Counted from the stretch's first letter, positions 26,801 through 39,000 are shown. The stretch is 64,000 bases of DNA from Botryllus schlosseri (GCA_051294905.1 CM119372.1:35590001-35654000), one strand, 5' to 3'. Notes: a model not told the origin generated them from the letters alone. Made by a program: numbers and translations.

Positions 26801-28430
26801 AGCACAGCGACGTACGGAGGGAAATGCCAAATAAACTTCCGGCGGAACTTGCTACTGCCAAGATTAAACCGTGGCCTCCACATTCAACGATGGTGGTACG
26901 CTAACTCGCCCACCTATCGTAGCATTGGGGAAGGTGATTATTAAACGAAGGGTAATCACTCCGGCAATTCGGTCGTGATGTTGAGGTTTGGTTCAAGGTG
27001 TCACTCCAATCAGAAACGGGAGCTGAACACCGACATGACTCAGGTTGATGACATTTTTTTCTTTCTTTTTCAGTCATCATCTTGCCAAATCTTCGAGTTC
27101 TATGGTCATTTTACACCAGACCGATATTGCTTGTTATGATTCTTGAGACACTAACTTTTATGGCGTCCCACTGCGCACCGAACTTTCTGTAAGACACCGA
27201 TTATGCAGATCGGGTGGTGAAGAGGAATCTAAATAGGCCCTCAACACGCATGAGGGATTCTGAAGTCGACGACTACGCTACTTTCTACCCAGGACATTCG
27301 AGGTGCTATAGGGCGCCGCGAGTTATTTTTTCCCTTTGAGAGGTTGCCGCGAGGTCGAAAATATTGGGAACCACTGCTTCATTCTTTTCCGCTCTTTCTT
27401 TCTGATATTCTCCCTTTCTTTCCCGACTTCTTTCATTTGTTCCTCTCGTATGTACAGTGTTTTAACGTTCCATACCAAATGAATGACACCATGTGAGGTT
27501 CGCACTCGTGTTTACTGCGAGCTTGAATCCGCGACGTTTTTCGCACTCATGCATACGTTACCTTTACATTACATCCACAGTGAAATCCATGACGGCCTGT
27601 GAGCATCAGAGGATGAATATACGCTGTGGCGGGTCGAAGAAGATCATAATTGAGAGGGCAAGTTACGGGAGAAGTAATCGAAACACGTAGGTCGACTATT
27701 GTTTTTTCCCGGATGAAACATCGTAGAATACGCATCTGTTAACATTACTAATTTCGCGAAGCTACTAACTTCAAATTATTGAAGGGTATATCATCAAGCT
27801 CTGAGAGCTCACAGAGCTCTGCAACTGTATCATAGTGTGGTATCCAATAACTTTTCGCGATGAAGTAGCCGAACTGCGGTAGATGGATGTAGATTAGAAG
27901 ATTTAAACTCGGGAGATTAATTTCATTCTATTGAACCATGGTATTCACGGACTTTACGAAGTAGGAAAAGTAGCTCTTTCCCACTTCGAGCCGTAAACCA
28001 ATAATATACGCGGCACCTGTGGCAGCCGTGCTTCATAATGCTGCGGCAGTTGTAGTGATGTCTCGGATTGTCTTTGTCTCTTTTGCTTTCGGTCGCTTCG
28101 GCTTACGGGCGTATTATAAAGTATCGAGCGGTTGTTGCATCATGTGTGTGGTCAACTACAGACCTAAGAGACGGAGGTCTTTGCACACCATCGACAGCGC
28201 TATCACTAGACTAGTTGACGATTAACTTATGCATGACTACCTCATTCATACACAGATGTGGCCATGTATCGAAATGGAGGAGACAATGTCATGCCGTGTC
28301 AAGTCATCCTGTGGTTTCCCGGACGTGCCAAGGAAAGTCGCAATGCCACCTCGTGGCCTCGAATTCCGTGTTTGGCGATCCGTGCTGGGGTATATCCAAA
28401 TACCTGCAAGTAAAATATAGGTGCCTCTGA
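14752..28430 (+). CDS. RBL: Secreted L-rhamnose-binding lectin with three tandem SUEL (Gal_Lectin) domains, 313 aa, 7 exons: join(14752..14818,15414..15522,17467..17654,22568..22676,25959..26146,27581..27686,28256..28430)
   Basis: All introns GT-AG; exon lengths 67+109+188+109+188+106+175 = 942 nt (314 codons) with consistent phases. Each domain has 8 Cys, CE, AxYGR and FGDPCxGxxKYL motifs. N-terminal signal peptide; AATAAA at 28518. Confidence 0.92.
15414..15522 (+). CDS. RBL exon 2, domain 1 N-half (AKTRTVCEHQSMTLSCGRSSKIHIMHASYGRQDGAHT)
   Basis: Acceptor TTTTCTTTTAG, donor AC|GTATGA; VCE and ASYGR motifs; absent from the ORF track. Confidence 0.92.
17165..17384. mobile_element. Small hAT-type MITE in RBL intron 2
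   Basis: Termini TAAGGCTG...CAGTCCTA; TSD ATCATTAT/ATCGTTAT; TTCGAGTA/CTCGAAT motifs. Confidence 0.55.
17467..17654 (+). CDS. RBL exon 3, domain 1 C-half (CPHPSIRSRSYRC...FGDPCRGLFKYLRVQYLCIQSS)
   Basis: Acceptor TTCCATAG, donor G|GTAAGT; DPC/KYL motif. Confidence 0.93.
18113..19376 (+). mobile_element. Chapaev3-like (CMC) DNA transposon, internally deleted and degenerate
   Basis: TIRs CACTGGTCAA...TTGACCAGTG; flanks TAA/TCA; remnants FDGSQIR (~18504) and ERFHQYIKTTKERYQCRCDEHIMADYCWNL (from 18764) resemble Chapaev3 transposase C-terminal motifs. Confidence 0.78.
21181..22277 (-). mobile_element. 5'-truncated Penelope-like element (GIY-YIG endonuclease part) with an inverted copy of its 3' end
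   Basis: Minus ORF has NIVYDFKCHCDCRYVGRTTQRLQERIKQH...SAIGKHL (Penelope GIY-YIG). 21181-21563 is the reverse complement of 21894-22277. Direct repeat TTGAACCAACACT at 21169-21181 and 22312-22324. Confidence 0.9.
22568..22676 (+). CDS. RBL exon 4, domain 2 N-half (ENIETVCEHHRMNIDCGDSLKIKIKSAMYGRKDNRDT)
   Basis: Acceptor GAACAG (weak pyrimidine tract), donor AC|GTATGT; same 109-bp length as exon 2. Confidence 0.88.
23251..25707 (-). mobile_element. Degenerate piggyBac-like element in RBL intron 4
   Basis: TTAA then CACTAGAACGA...TCGTTCTAGTG inverted termini; right TTAA degenerate; decayed transposase-like fragments on the minus strand. Confidence 0.55.
23691..24549 (-). mobile_element. hAT Charlie/Buster non-autonomous element nested in the piggyBac-like element
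   Basis: TIRs CAGTGGTTCTCAACC...GGTTGAGAACCACTG; perfect TSD CACTAGAC; decayed transposase C-terminus (YANVSSEALRVIITFTTTHICRNGFSAL). Confidence 0.9.
25959..26146 (+). CDS. RBL exon 5, domain 2 C-half (CPDPSVKSSEYDC...FGDPCYGVLKYLRVQYQCIKAP)
   Basis: Acceptor AAACAG, donor C|GTAAGT; 188 bp like exon 3. Confidence 0.92.
27581..27686 (+). CDS. RBL exon 6, domain 3 N-half (LKSMTACEHQRMNIRCGGSKKIIIERASYGRSNRNT)
   Basis: Acceptor TCCACAG, donor AC|GTAGGT. Confidence 0.92.
28256..28430 (+). CDS. RBL exon 7, domain 3 C-half and stop (CGHVSKWRRQC...FGDPCWGISKYLQVKYRCL*)
   Basis: Acceptor ATACACAG; TGA ending at 28430. Confidence 0.93.
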
Positions 28431-28517
28431 TGCGGGACGGGGTATTTGGGCATTCCAAAGCTGTATGACTTCCTGATTAATCCAGTATGAAACCGTGTTC
28501 GTCGATTTATGGTTTTG

Positions 28518-28523
28518 AATAAA
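28518..28523 (+). terminator. Poly(A) signal of the RBL gene
   Basis: AATAAA ~90 nt after the stop; the orphan exon has one at the equivalent position (7196). Confidence 0.7.
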
Positions 28524-31257
28524 CTTATATTCAGCAGCAAAGAAATATATTACTCACGTATTCACTTATTTCGTTTGCTGCATCAGTCGGATATCAGAGA
28601 GCTGATACATTGTTAGCATGTGAGCTACCTATGAAATAATCAGGTCAAAATGATCTAGCGACAGGCCTACACAATTAACTTTCTACAGTATATGGATGCG
28701 ATCACCGGGGACGGTTAAATTAGTCATTGATGCTGCTCCACGAGAATCAACCGTGGTCAAGGTTGTCAGATATGATACTCAAGTATAGCCGTAGTAGTAG
28801 TATAGTAGTAGTAATTACGTACATTTTTTTCCTAATTATACTGCTAATAGAAGTCGCGATATCAAAAACATGTCGAATCTGTTGCAAGTGGACTTATAAA
28901 ATGAAAGGCCTTAAACCTAGCAGTTTCCAAAAGTATATTAGGTCGGGGGGTCGCATATTGTTTACAGTTATTCGTGTGCACTGTGCATACATTCGAAATT
29001 GCCAGTTACATCTTGACGACTTACGCCAAATGACTAATGACATTACAAATATGTGCATGTGCATCTTGCAACCTTAAAAATATATATACAATTACGGAGG
29101 GTTTATTAACGCAGATGACAATTTTACTCGTGACATTAATGTGAACTTTTCTCTAAACTACTTTCATTTTCTTTTCAGACATAATGCAACAGTAAGCCAG
29201 TTGTTATGCCTCAAAATACTGTTTTGAGTAGAAATGGGAGAATTCCGAAAACATATCCACCTAAGTCACTAGTGCTAGCAGGCTTAGTCTGCTTCAGTAC
29301 TCCTAACCGTTGAATTTCTTCTTTACTGATCACTAGGGCGAATTTTTTACCTAAAATAGTAGGATTTTCACCTTAAAATAAGAATTTTACCATTTTCTTA
29401 CCTTAAAAAACTTCATGTTGACAAGATTTTGCCCTCATGTATGCAAACTAGGTGTTTTCGCACATGATGTTACAATTGTTCTACTTATCTTCGTTTCTGG
29501 TTGTAACTTTTTGTCCTTACAAAGTAGTTTGGCGTGAAAAATTTTGACTTAAAACCTGGCAAATTTTTACATGAAAAATCATATTTTAACGAAATATGGT
29601 CCTACGAAAAATCCCAACAGTTACACGCATTATGATATAAATAGTTAGAATTTGTTATAGTACACCGGAAGATACTTTCCTACATTCGTGTAGAAAGTGT
29701 CTGTCGTTACTAAGTTGCTTGCCAAAATTGGTGAAAGAACATTCAACAGCAGCAATTGTTGGCTGACATACCGTGTCACATATTCAATTGTGACGTCATA
29801 ATGGATTAAAGTGAACCATTGAAACTATAGGGTAAATATAGCCCCTTTGATAAAATATCTGTACTACAACTGTTGAACCGACTATTTTTAGGGTTCCAAC
29901 CATCCCATAACGATATACGTCGTTTAAATTGGGTGGTAATTGTCCGTGTGCTCATACAACATGTTTTTGGAAAGTATTTACACAATTATGGCATAATTTT
30001 ATAACTAGAAAAAAAAATACAATTTTGTTTTTTTAATAAGGCTTTTGTTTAAAATATGTTTTCAAAAAAGTGTTTCAAAACACCGTTTGTTTTAAATGCA
30101 ACCCTACTTTGGACATTACAATTGGTCAGGCTGTCAAACGCTGGTCGCAAATTTTCAGAAAAATTAAGAAAACGGCCATAAGACATAACTCCACATGTCA
30201 TGCCATAATTTATTGAGCAACCATGCGAGATCCAAGAAACATTTGTGGAGGCTTTATCGAAAATTCGTATTTCTTCACTGGCAAATAATTTTTCTCTGAG
30301 AAATGTTATTTGACCTGTGGGGTTCAGATTGCCGCGATAGAATAATTAGACACGAGCCATCTAGGCAGCTATGGACAATTAGATAGGCTTACATTTATTT
30401 CGAATTTCACGGTCAACATAAGGGCAATCCTTTTCGGCTAAGGTTTTCTCGCAGGCGATCTATTGGCACACTTTTCAGAGTACCATATTGGCGAATACTT
30501 CGTATGTTTTTGTGCATCGCGGCGTGGTAATGGTCGTCGCTGAAATGCCTATTTTTATTTTCTATAAATCATGCTTTTCTCGTGGGGGAAGGGTACTCAA
30601 TAATCAAAAATTTGGCAACATGAAATCGCGTCCAGCGCGAAAAAATTGAAAAGAATTGCATAAATTGTCGATAAGTGATGTATAAATAATTTATGTCCAT
30701 TCACCGACATAATTTCGGGCCCCCTTCGAGCTCGGGACAACCAATTGGACGATTTGGGGTGCGGCAGTTACAGTCCTGGTAAGAGGTCAAAGTCCGGCCG
30801 CTGTTTTCTAGTTGGGATTTTACTATTGGAAATATTTTGCGCTTCAATCGCATATATATATATATTAATTGCATGTGGTAGGCCTATATTCAGGGTCAAA
30901 TCAAGGTTGTTATAACAGCCATCGGGGAAGGGTTCATACCATGTGCTTCGAACCAGATGTACGTAGTCCGAATTCCCATCTGTGATTGGCAATACAGGAA
31001 ATTAATTGTATTGAGTTTTGTTTTAGTGCTTTGTGCGACTAGTAAATCAACTGGAAATGTCAGGAGATATCTGCCCACATTGAATTTGGTGCTGCACCCA
31101 GTTATTAATTTTAACGCGAATGTATTCCAAACAAAGCTCCGCTCCGCGACGATGTTGGCTGCATATGATTTCATAAATGTATTAGCCTTAACAGCCCCTA
31201 AAACGCGGTAACTGAATATATTTTCGAATATTCTACCAATGTGTATTGTGTCATTAT

Positions 31258-32269
31258 TAGGGCCATTTAAAGTCATTAAAGTCATATTTTTTTCTATGCA
31301 TCAGTAAGTCGTGAAATCAATTTTAGCGCAAAAACCGCATCCATATGGGGTATATTAAGAAAGTTATAAAGTCATATAAAGTCATATTTTCTTGGTTAGG
31401 TCATATTTGAGTTATAAAGTCATATTGTTGTATACTTTAAATAAAAAGTGCCAATTGAAGCAATTACGCACTAAGAAAGTAAGGCAATTTCTGGTTGAAC
31501 GAAGGCAAACTGTAAGTTTAGCCTACATAACATTACAGTTACAGTCGCAGACCTATGAGGTCACACATTGCATTATGAGGTCACATATTGCATTGTGTTG
31601 CTACACAATCTGTTTTACTTCTGTGCACTGAAGTGGGACGTCATTTGAAGTTCAGAGACTTCCACAAGTGAAAGAAATAGTCAACGCACGGGAAGCTGAA
31701 CGAGTTATTGTAAAGAGCGTCAAAGATTCAGTGAACGATCCAAAGTTGACGAGTCAGTTAACAGAAATACGCCTCCACTACAAAAATATTTCAAACTTGA
31801 TACTGAAAATTGAAAGTTGTGCGTACACTATCAAAGAAGCTAATGCTGATCTAAATGCCCTCGATTTCGGAAAAGATCCGCTTGAGCTCAAAAATTACAT
31901 TAAGAAGCGATTGGACAAAAACGATGTGAAACAAATTATTGAGCTACAAAGACAAGACATTTCACCAGCGCTGTATGCAATACTGCAGAAGTGTCAACCA
32001 ACATCAGCGTCTGTGGAGCGCTCATTTTCCTTAATAAAGTCAATTCAACTCCAACATTCCACACTACATGAAACTGTACTACAAAAGTGGTTTAAAATAA
32101 AAATGGATGTGTATTACTGTTATGTTGTTCATGTTTTACTCGTCAGTTCCATGAGTGAGGATGGTTACATGTAAAAACACACGATTTTCGCATAAAGTCA
32201 TATAAACTCATATTTTCCCAAAAATAAAGTCATATAATTGATTTTTAAGGTCATATAAAAATGGCCCTA
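31258..32269 (+). mobile_element. hAT element with transposase C-terminal fragment (ORF 31668-32174)
   Basis: TIRs TAGGGCCATTT...AAATGGCCCTA; perfect TSD GTCATTAT; AAGTCATAT subterminal repeats; PTSASVERSFSL dimerisation-domain motif. Confidence 0.88.
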
Positions 32270-32520
32270 GTCATTATAAACATTTTGCGTTACCCGAGAA
32301 GATACATGTTGCGATTTCGTATGTAGCCACCTCCGACAACCTGTCGAAATTATGCGACTATACTCTCCCCCCGACCAAATATACTTGGATATTTCTGCCA
32401 CTTGAAGTACTTATCACGTGTCTTAAAAATTACTACTTATACTGCTAATTGAGTAGAAAATATAGGGAGTTACTTGTGCTACTTGAGTAGCAACGGCAAT
32501 CACTTCTACAAACTCTAGTT

Positions 32521-33370
32521 CAGTGGCTCTCAACCGGGGGTCCGTGAAGCATTTTCAGGGGCTCCACGAAGCGAAGCGAATATACAAAATAGTTTATATT
32601 TTTCAAATTAGGAACATCATGAGGCAGTTTTGCTTCATTACAATTCAACTCACATCAACAGAATGGCCGTCTGAGATTGAATATCCTGCTGTGTGGACTC
32701 ATTGTAGTTGCTGAATTGCCGATAGCCCACTGATGCAAATATTTGGCTGTATAGAGGTGTTTTGCTGGGCATTGTGTAAAATATAAATGGTTGGATACGT
32801 AAAGTCAATCACTGAGACTTCGAAATGTTCGCAAAAATCCGTTTTCTCCTGTGTCATAGGTCTACATAACCATTTCCTTAATAACTTCAAGATGAGCTGC
32901 TAGATATAAATTAACAGGCTTGACGTAATATGTTCAATAAAAAAAATTGTTTGTCAATTTTGGTGTCATCATTGTTGCGATCATACCCAAATGTGTCGTC
33001 GGAATCGTTATGCCCTATTATTACATTCGCCATCACCTTTCTTTGTCTAAATGGATTTTCAGCACTGGTTGATATGAAATCGAAAGATTTTAGAAATATT
33101 TTAAAGACACGACCACGTATTTCAAAAAATGCAGTTGAATACAGTAATTAGCTTTGAAATAATAAAAGTCAACCCAATTTTACGTATATAGAATGCTGTT
33201 ATTTTCAAGAAAAGTAATTTTGTTGCTGTTAATCACTAGCCTATAGTTATCATTTGCTCAAGACAGATGTCGACTGTACGATAATTGAGCTAAATTTGAA
33301 CTAAAACTTCGGGGGGGGGTCCGGGAGGGTCCAAAAGGGTCCGCGAATACAAAAAGATTGAGAACCACTG
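32521..33370 (+). mobile_element. hAT Charlie/Buster element, same family as 23691-24549 in opposite orientation
   Basis: CAGTGGCTCTCAACC...TTGAGAACCACTG; TSD CTCTAGTT/CTCAAGTT; YPNVSSESLCPIITFAITFLCLNGFSAL remnant. Confidence 0.85.
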
Positions 33371-34339
33371 CTCAAGTTCATAGTAGAATATCACGGAAAA
33401 TCAAAAACCGCCAAAACCGTAAAGCTTTTTGTATATAGAACTGGCGTTTAATATTGCAAAACATAAACAAAAAGCCTCGATGCCATTTAAAAACATCTCT
33501 GCCTCTGTTCCAGTATGGTATTCGGTGTGGTTCTTTGAATTTGTTGACCAGTGTAAATGTATGGGTCGAAAAGAGCTTCTGGTTGAACGATGATAGAGAA
33601 TCACTGTATTCAAGTTCACCAAAAACTCACTCATTCTGTATTACAACAACCCAGGTTTCATGATAGATGATTTCAATAACAATATTTGATCTGTTACTAT
33701 TGTATACTAACCGTGATGTCACTAACGAAAGCTGAAATTTGATTAATTCATGAAAATGAGAAAAATTAATAGGGAAAAAATCTGACGTGACGGAGAAATG
33801 ATTAGCACAGCAACCATAAATTAGCCTATATCAATCGTTAAAATTTTTGACGCTAATATTTTTTCGAAATTTGTAAACCGGTGTTATCTCCGTCTCGGTC
33901 AACTTTTGCCCCTTAACGTATAATAAATACCTCTTAATAAAGTTATGTTTCATTTTTTTGCTGTTTGCTTTACTGAGAGTGATATTTCAATTTATGGTGT
34001 TGTATTCTGTTACGAAGGTATCGTGTTTTAGCTTATAACTGTATTTTAATGTTAGGCAAAATAGTGCTTTACCCCCTGGCACGTTTTTGGTCATAACTTT
34101 TTTTCCCCAAGGTAAAAAAAGTGACAAAACCCATCATTGAAAAGCTGATAAAATTATCTTTCCAACAATATATAATATGCCTTTATAAGAATTTTTTCTA
34201 GGTTGACCGAAAATTCTACAGGACTAACATACCACCCCATTTTGTCGCTTGCGTCTTATATTCTCTGCATTACCTTGCATTCAGTGTGCATGCCTCTTCT
34301 TTACTTCGCCTAGGCTAAGGTGGGTGTCTGATCTTAAAG

Positions 34340-35411
34340 CAAGGGTCGGCAACCTACGGCCCGCGGGCCGGATCCGGCCCGCCAAGCGAAATCGTCCGGC
34401 CCGCGACGTATTACTTAGTTACCACAAGAGTACGGCCCACTTTTTGATATTGAATTTCAAATTGCAGTATTGGCGTTTTTACGATTTACGGCATTGTTAC
34501 GATTTTAGTAAGTCGTACTAGTCTAGTGTTACGCAATAAAACTAGTGTCGAGGGTGTATACTAGCATCTCGTAAAGTACGATATTGTCTGTAAAGTAGAC
34601 TAGTAGACTTGACCAGTGCTTTTCATCCAGATCCGGTGGTATCATACACCCGAAAGGTTGCAAAAATGGTGTTCCACTCTGATGGAGTGTACCATATACC
34701 ACAATATAGACATTAGGCCGATGACTAGCTATCGCACTGAATAGACTGTATGTGTCACCGTGATACGAAATTTGATTAATGTATTTTGCCCTCGTTTTTT
34801 CCGGGATTCGTTCTGTACGAAATAAATACAGGCTAGTACTCCGTTTCATGAGGACGCTAATGCCTTTCCCATAAAATTTAAAATGGAACTGATCGAAATA
34901 CAATGCAATGACGAATGGCAGGCAAAATTTCATACCACTATACCAGGGGCATATGCATATCGCTGCTTGGCTTTTACTAAAAGCACCTTACTGAATGTGA
35001 CCTTATTCCCAGCTTGACCACTAATGCAAAATAAATGGCAACGATGTTTCGTAGCGCGTACTCAAATGAACTAATGTTTTCAACAATGAAATTCACGAAG
35101 AGCAAGCTAAAATCACGCATTTCCGGCCTCCATTTAGAAAATGTTATGGTTTTTGCTTCATCTGGCTGGTTACCAGATGTTGAAAAAGCTGTCACAAAGA
35201 AAGCAGCACCAAGTGTAGCAATAATGCAATGTTGTTGAAGTGTGAATACATATATGTTGCTCTTTTTGTGATTGGTGTGGTTGAGATTACAGCATTGTAG
35301 CGTGATGCACTGAAGTGAGTGTGAATTACAGCGATAATGAAAATTCCGGCCCGCCAAAGAGTTTTACGCTCGACTTCTGGCCCGTGACGAGCAAAAGGTT
35401 GCCGACCCCTG
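34340..35411 (+). mobile_element. hAT (SPIN/GTF2IRD2-like Buster group) non-autonomous element inserted in a LINE 3' UTR
   Basis: TIRs CAAGGGTCGGCAACC...GGTTGCCGACCCCTG; perfect TSD TCTTAAAG; remnant MFRSAYSNELMFSTMKFTKSKLKSRISGLHLEN. Flanks ~34240-34339 and 35412-35530 match the LINE tail at ~62136-62330. Confidence 0.88.
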
Positions 35412-35638
35412 TCTTAAAGGCTACTCCAAGTTGTTCCGGTACCTTCCCATCTTTTCATTGTATCGCAGTCTTGTGTTTTGAAACGATGGCAATATTATTA
35501 AACCTGATTGATTGATTGATTCATTCATTCATCTGGGTTCAATACGTCACAGTGAGTTTTTGACATCATGGTGCTGCTAAGAAGTTACCCAAAAACACAC
35601 CACTTTATCTACCTGTACCAAATTTGTAGCCTGACAGG

Positions 35639-36062
35639 TATTGCGACGCAGGAATAGCGTATTGCGGCAACAAGCATTTCGTGGCTAGTCGGTCTTCCCA
35701 ATAGTTGCAATTGTACTGCAGTACGTCTAATCGTTTGATTGTTATTTAATTTGATTAGTTAATTTAATTGTTGCGTCGTCCGTTCTCGTTTTCCTTTATA
35801 TTCCACTGCTGCTGTTTCATTTTCTCCAATCGACTTCTATATCGGATGAGCAAGCAATCTTGCGAATCTCGCCATTTACGTATCATTATATACTGAACAA
35901 GCTATTCCATATTCTTCGTCTTTGGACTGCTTGTATTAGAACAGAAGATATTTGAGATACGCAACGCTTGCCGAGGTCCCATTGCTAGGTTTAGTGTGCA
36001 GAAGACAGGATCCCGACACCTGATAGAGCGCCACTCATTGAATCCAGTGCCGCGTCGGAATA
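35639..36062 (+). repeat. 5' LTR (424 bp)
   Basis: TATTGCGACGC...GCGTCGGAATA; matches 52850-53273 with 8 substitutions counted by eye. Confidence 0.95.
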
Positions 36063-39000
36063 ATTCGCAAGAAGCCAATTAAAGCCGATATCTTCAAGAC
36101 GTTCTTCGGCCGCATATACGTCTACATTCAAGACTCTGCTACCGTACGAAGATCGATCGACTCTGCTTGACACTAAACCTGCTAATATTTACATAGTTTC
36201 ATACGTTTGATTGATGTCGTTTGTGAAATCTCCAACGGATTCCCGCAAGTCTCCAACCTTAGCACCGACTTGGAAGCCACTAACTAAGATGACGGTCGAC
36301 GATTTACGATCAGAGTTACAAGATCTTGGTGAAGCTACAAGTGGGAGTAAAGCTGTGTTGACGGAGCGATTGAGAAAAATCCGCGATTCCGACAAACCCT
36401 CGCAAAAGAAAGAACCGAAGTCCTCTCCATCGACCGCCACCGAGAGTCCATCTGAACTGGTTATGCTTTTTCAGATGATGAAGCATCAGCAAGAAGCTGA
36501 CCGCCAGCAGCAGCAATTAGACCGAGAAGCTGCCGACCGCAAGTTTCAAATGCAGCTCGAAGAGCTCAAGCTGAAGCAAGCCCAAGACCGTGAGGAATCC
36601 GAAAGACGATTCAAGCTGCAACTGGAAGAAATTCGCCATAAGTCCGACAACCATCCATCGGCAAACAAAGGAGATTCATGTGTACCTGCGGTTATTCTAA
36701 GGAAATTTAGACGCATGAATACCGAAGTGGTCGAGTCTTTACAGGCGCTGGAAAATACATATAAAAATTCCATGTCCGCGGAGGAAATCAACGTCTTCAG
36801 ACGGTCGGTAGAAATAGCAATGACTGATCTGAAGGCATTCGTGGACTCGAAAATCGACCAGCTTGACGATGGTGATTTGAAGACTGAAATTATTGATGGC
36901 ACGAGAAGAGCGAAAGAGATTTATATGGTACGCATTCCTCTTGCCAATTCCAGATCTTCATCACTTAAAGCTGCCGAGGATGCTGAAAAAACTGCCGGTT
37001 CTCTACCCAATGGAATAGTCCCTCCTACATTCAACGGTGACATTTTGACCTTTCCTGCGTTTTGGGAGTCGTTCGAGCCGCTGGTTCATAACAATCCAAA
37101 GGTCAGTCGGTTTTATAAAATCTCTTATTTGAAAGCGGCTCTCAGAGGATCGTCGTCTGGCCTTCTCAATGGGTTCCCCTCGACTGCAGCGAGTTACGAG
37201 CCTGCCATAGACGCCGTCCTTAAAAGGTACGGAAGGAAACAGGCCATAGTGAGAAACCACATCAAAGACTTGCTGCAAGGTGAGAAAGTCGAATTTAAGA
37301 TCGATAAAGTCAGGCGACTTCTCGATGCCGCCACTGCCAAAAGGGCGATATTAACACAGTATGACGTTTCTTGGGACCAACTGTTCACACAGGTGCTAGA
37401 ATCTCAGCTGCCTGGTACGCTGCATGAACGTTGGATCAGGAAAATTAATCCTTTAATCGACAGCGATGAAGTTCCTGATTCGGAACTCTTATTTGAATTT
37501 TTGACAACCGAGGTGGCGACGATGGAATCCTTGCAGTCGCAGAGTGGGCGTCGTCCTACTGAAGCACGTGACAAGCCACCGCATAAGGATAAAATGGTTA
37601 ATTGTGGTGCTGGTGAAGTAGGAAAATCGTTTTCAGCACAGTCCCTGGTGACGCAATCCGTAACGCCATGCTGTAGCTACTGCTCGAGTGCTCATATGTT
37701 AAAATACTGTGACGAGTTTTTGAAATTGACTCCCTCCCAGCGAATGGCTGACTTGGTCATGAATAAGCCTGGGAAGGTATGTTTTAGATGTTTGTCTCCT
37801 AAAGGACACGAAGGTCATCCGAAGACCTTCCACCAATGTAAGGAGCGTTGTTCCTTTGCGGGATGTGGGAAACCCCACCACGAATTGCTACACGTCTCTG
37901 CGGAACCATTTGATGACGTTAAGTGTATGGTCTCAACCAGTGACGGACCATTTTCCGCTCCTGTCTTGCGAGATGCAGACATTGACACATTACTGCCTAC
38001 TGCATTAGGAAGCATCAACCACAATGGCGAAAGGAAACAGGTTAGAATCGCATTCGACTCCTTTTCCCAGAAGAGCTTTATCACTCGTGAACTTGCAGAT
38101 TCGTTAAAGTTATCACCAACTAAAAGTGATTGCCTGGACATTCGTGGATTCGGGGGTAATTCTGCTTGCTGTGTAGTAGACGTGGTGAAATTCACGCTGG
38201 AGTCCACTAATGGTCTCGAAAACGTTTGTGTTGAGGCTTACGTTCAAGAAGGCGTTATTTGTGCGACTTTGAGAAATGTAGATCTGCGCGCTCATCAAAT
38301 TTCTCACATAAACGGTCTGAACCTTGCCGGTCCCCTTCCAAGGAATAATGGGACCATTGATATTCTTCTCGGAGGGCGATACTATTTTTCGTTGATGCAA
38401 GGAGATGTGATCAGTCCGAATGTCCCGGAAATGGGGCCTTATGCGATAAAAACTATATTTGGCTGGGTGCTAGCGGGCCCTTGCATTAAACTAGAACAAG
38501 ATAAGAGTGAAACTTCTAGATGTCTACTTCTCACAACTACACCAAACGACGTTTCGTTAAAGTCAGATCCATGGCAGTCGTTAAATGACAAGTTAGAAAG
38601 ATTTTGGGATCAAGATAGCATCGGCATTCGTGATAAGGAGACTCTTCCGACTGCAGAGGAACGGGACGCGATGGAACAGTTCGAAAGGTCGGTTCAGTTT
38701 GACGGTGCTAAATACATTGTTTCCTTGCCATTCAGACGGAACGCGCCGGATTTGAAATCCAATTACCGCGAGGCCTATTCAAGATTGCTTTCAGCAGAGA
38801 AGACGATGCGCAGGGATCCTGACAAGTCGCGGAACTATGACGCTGCAATCATGGATTATGAGAAAAACGGGTTCTCGAGAAAATTAACGCAGGGGGAATT
38901 TGTACAGATTGGTAAGCTTCCTCATTACTTTGTCCCGCACCACCCGGTATTCAAAGAATCCAGCACCTCCACTAAGCTTCGCATAGTATTTGACGCGAGT

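Noticed and set aside
30768..31285. Overlapping minus-strand ORFs as a host exon
   Set aside because: No recognisable domain or consistent splice structure; the 5' part runs into a hAT terminus.
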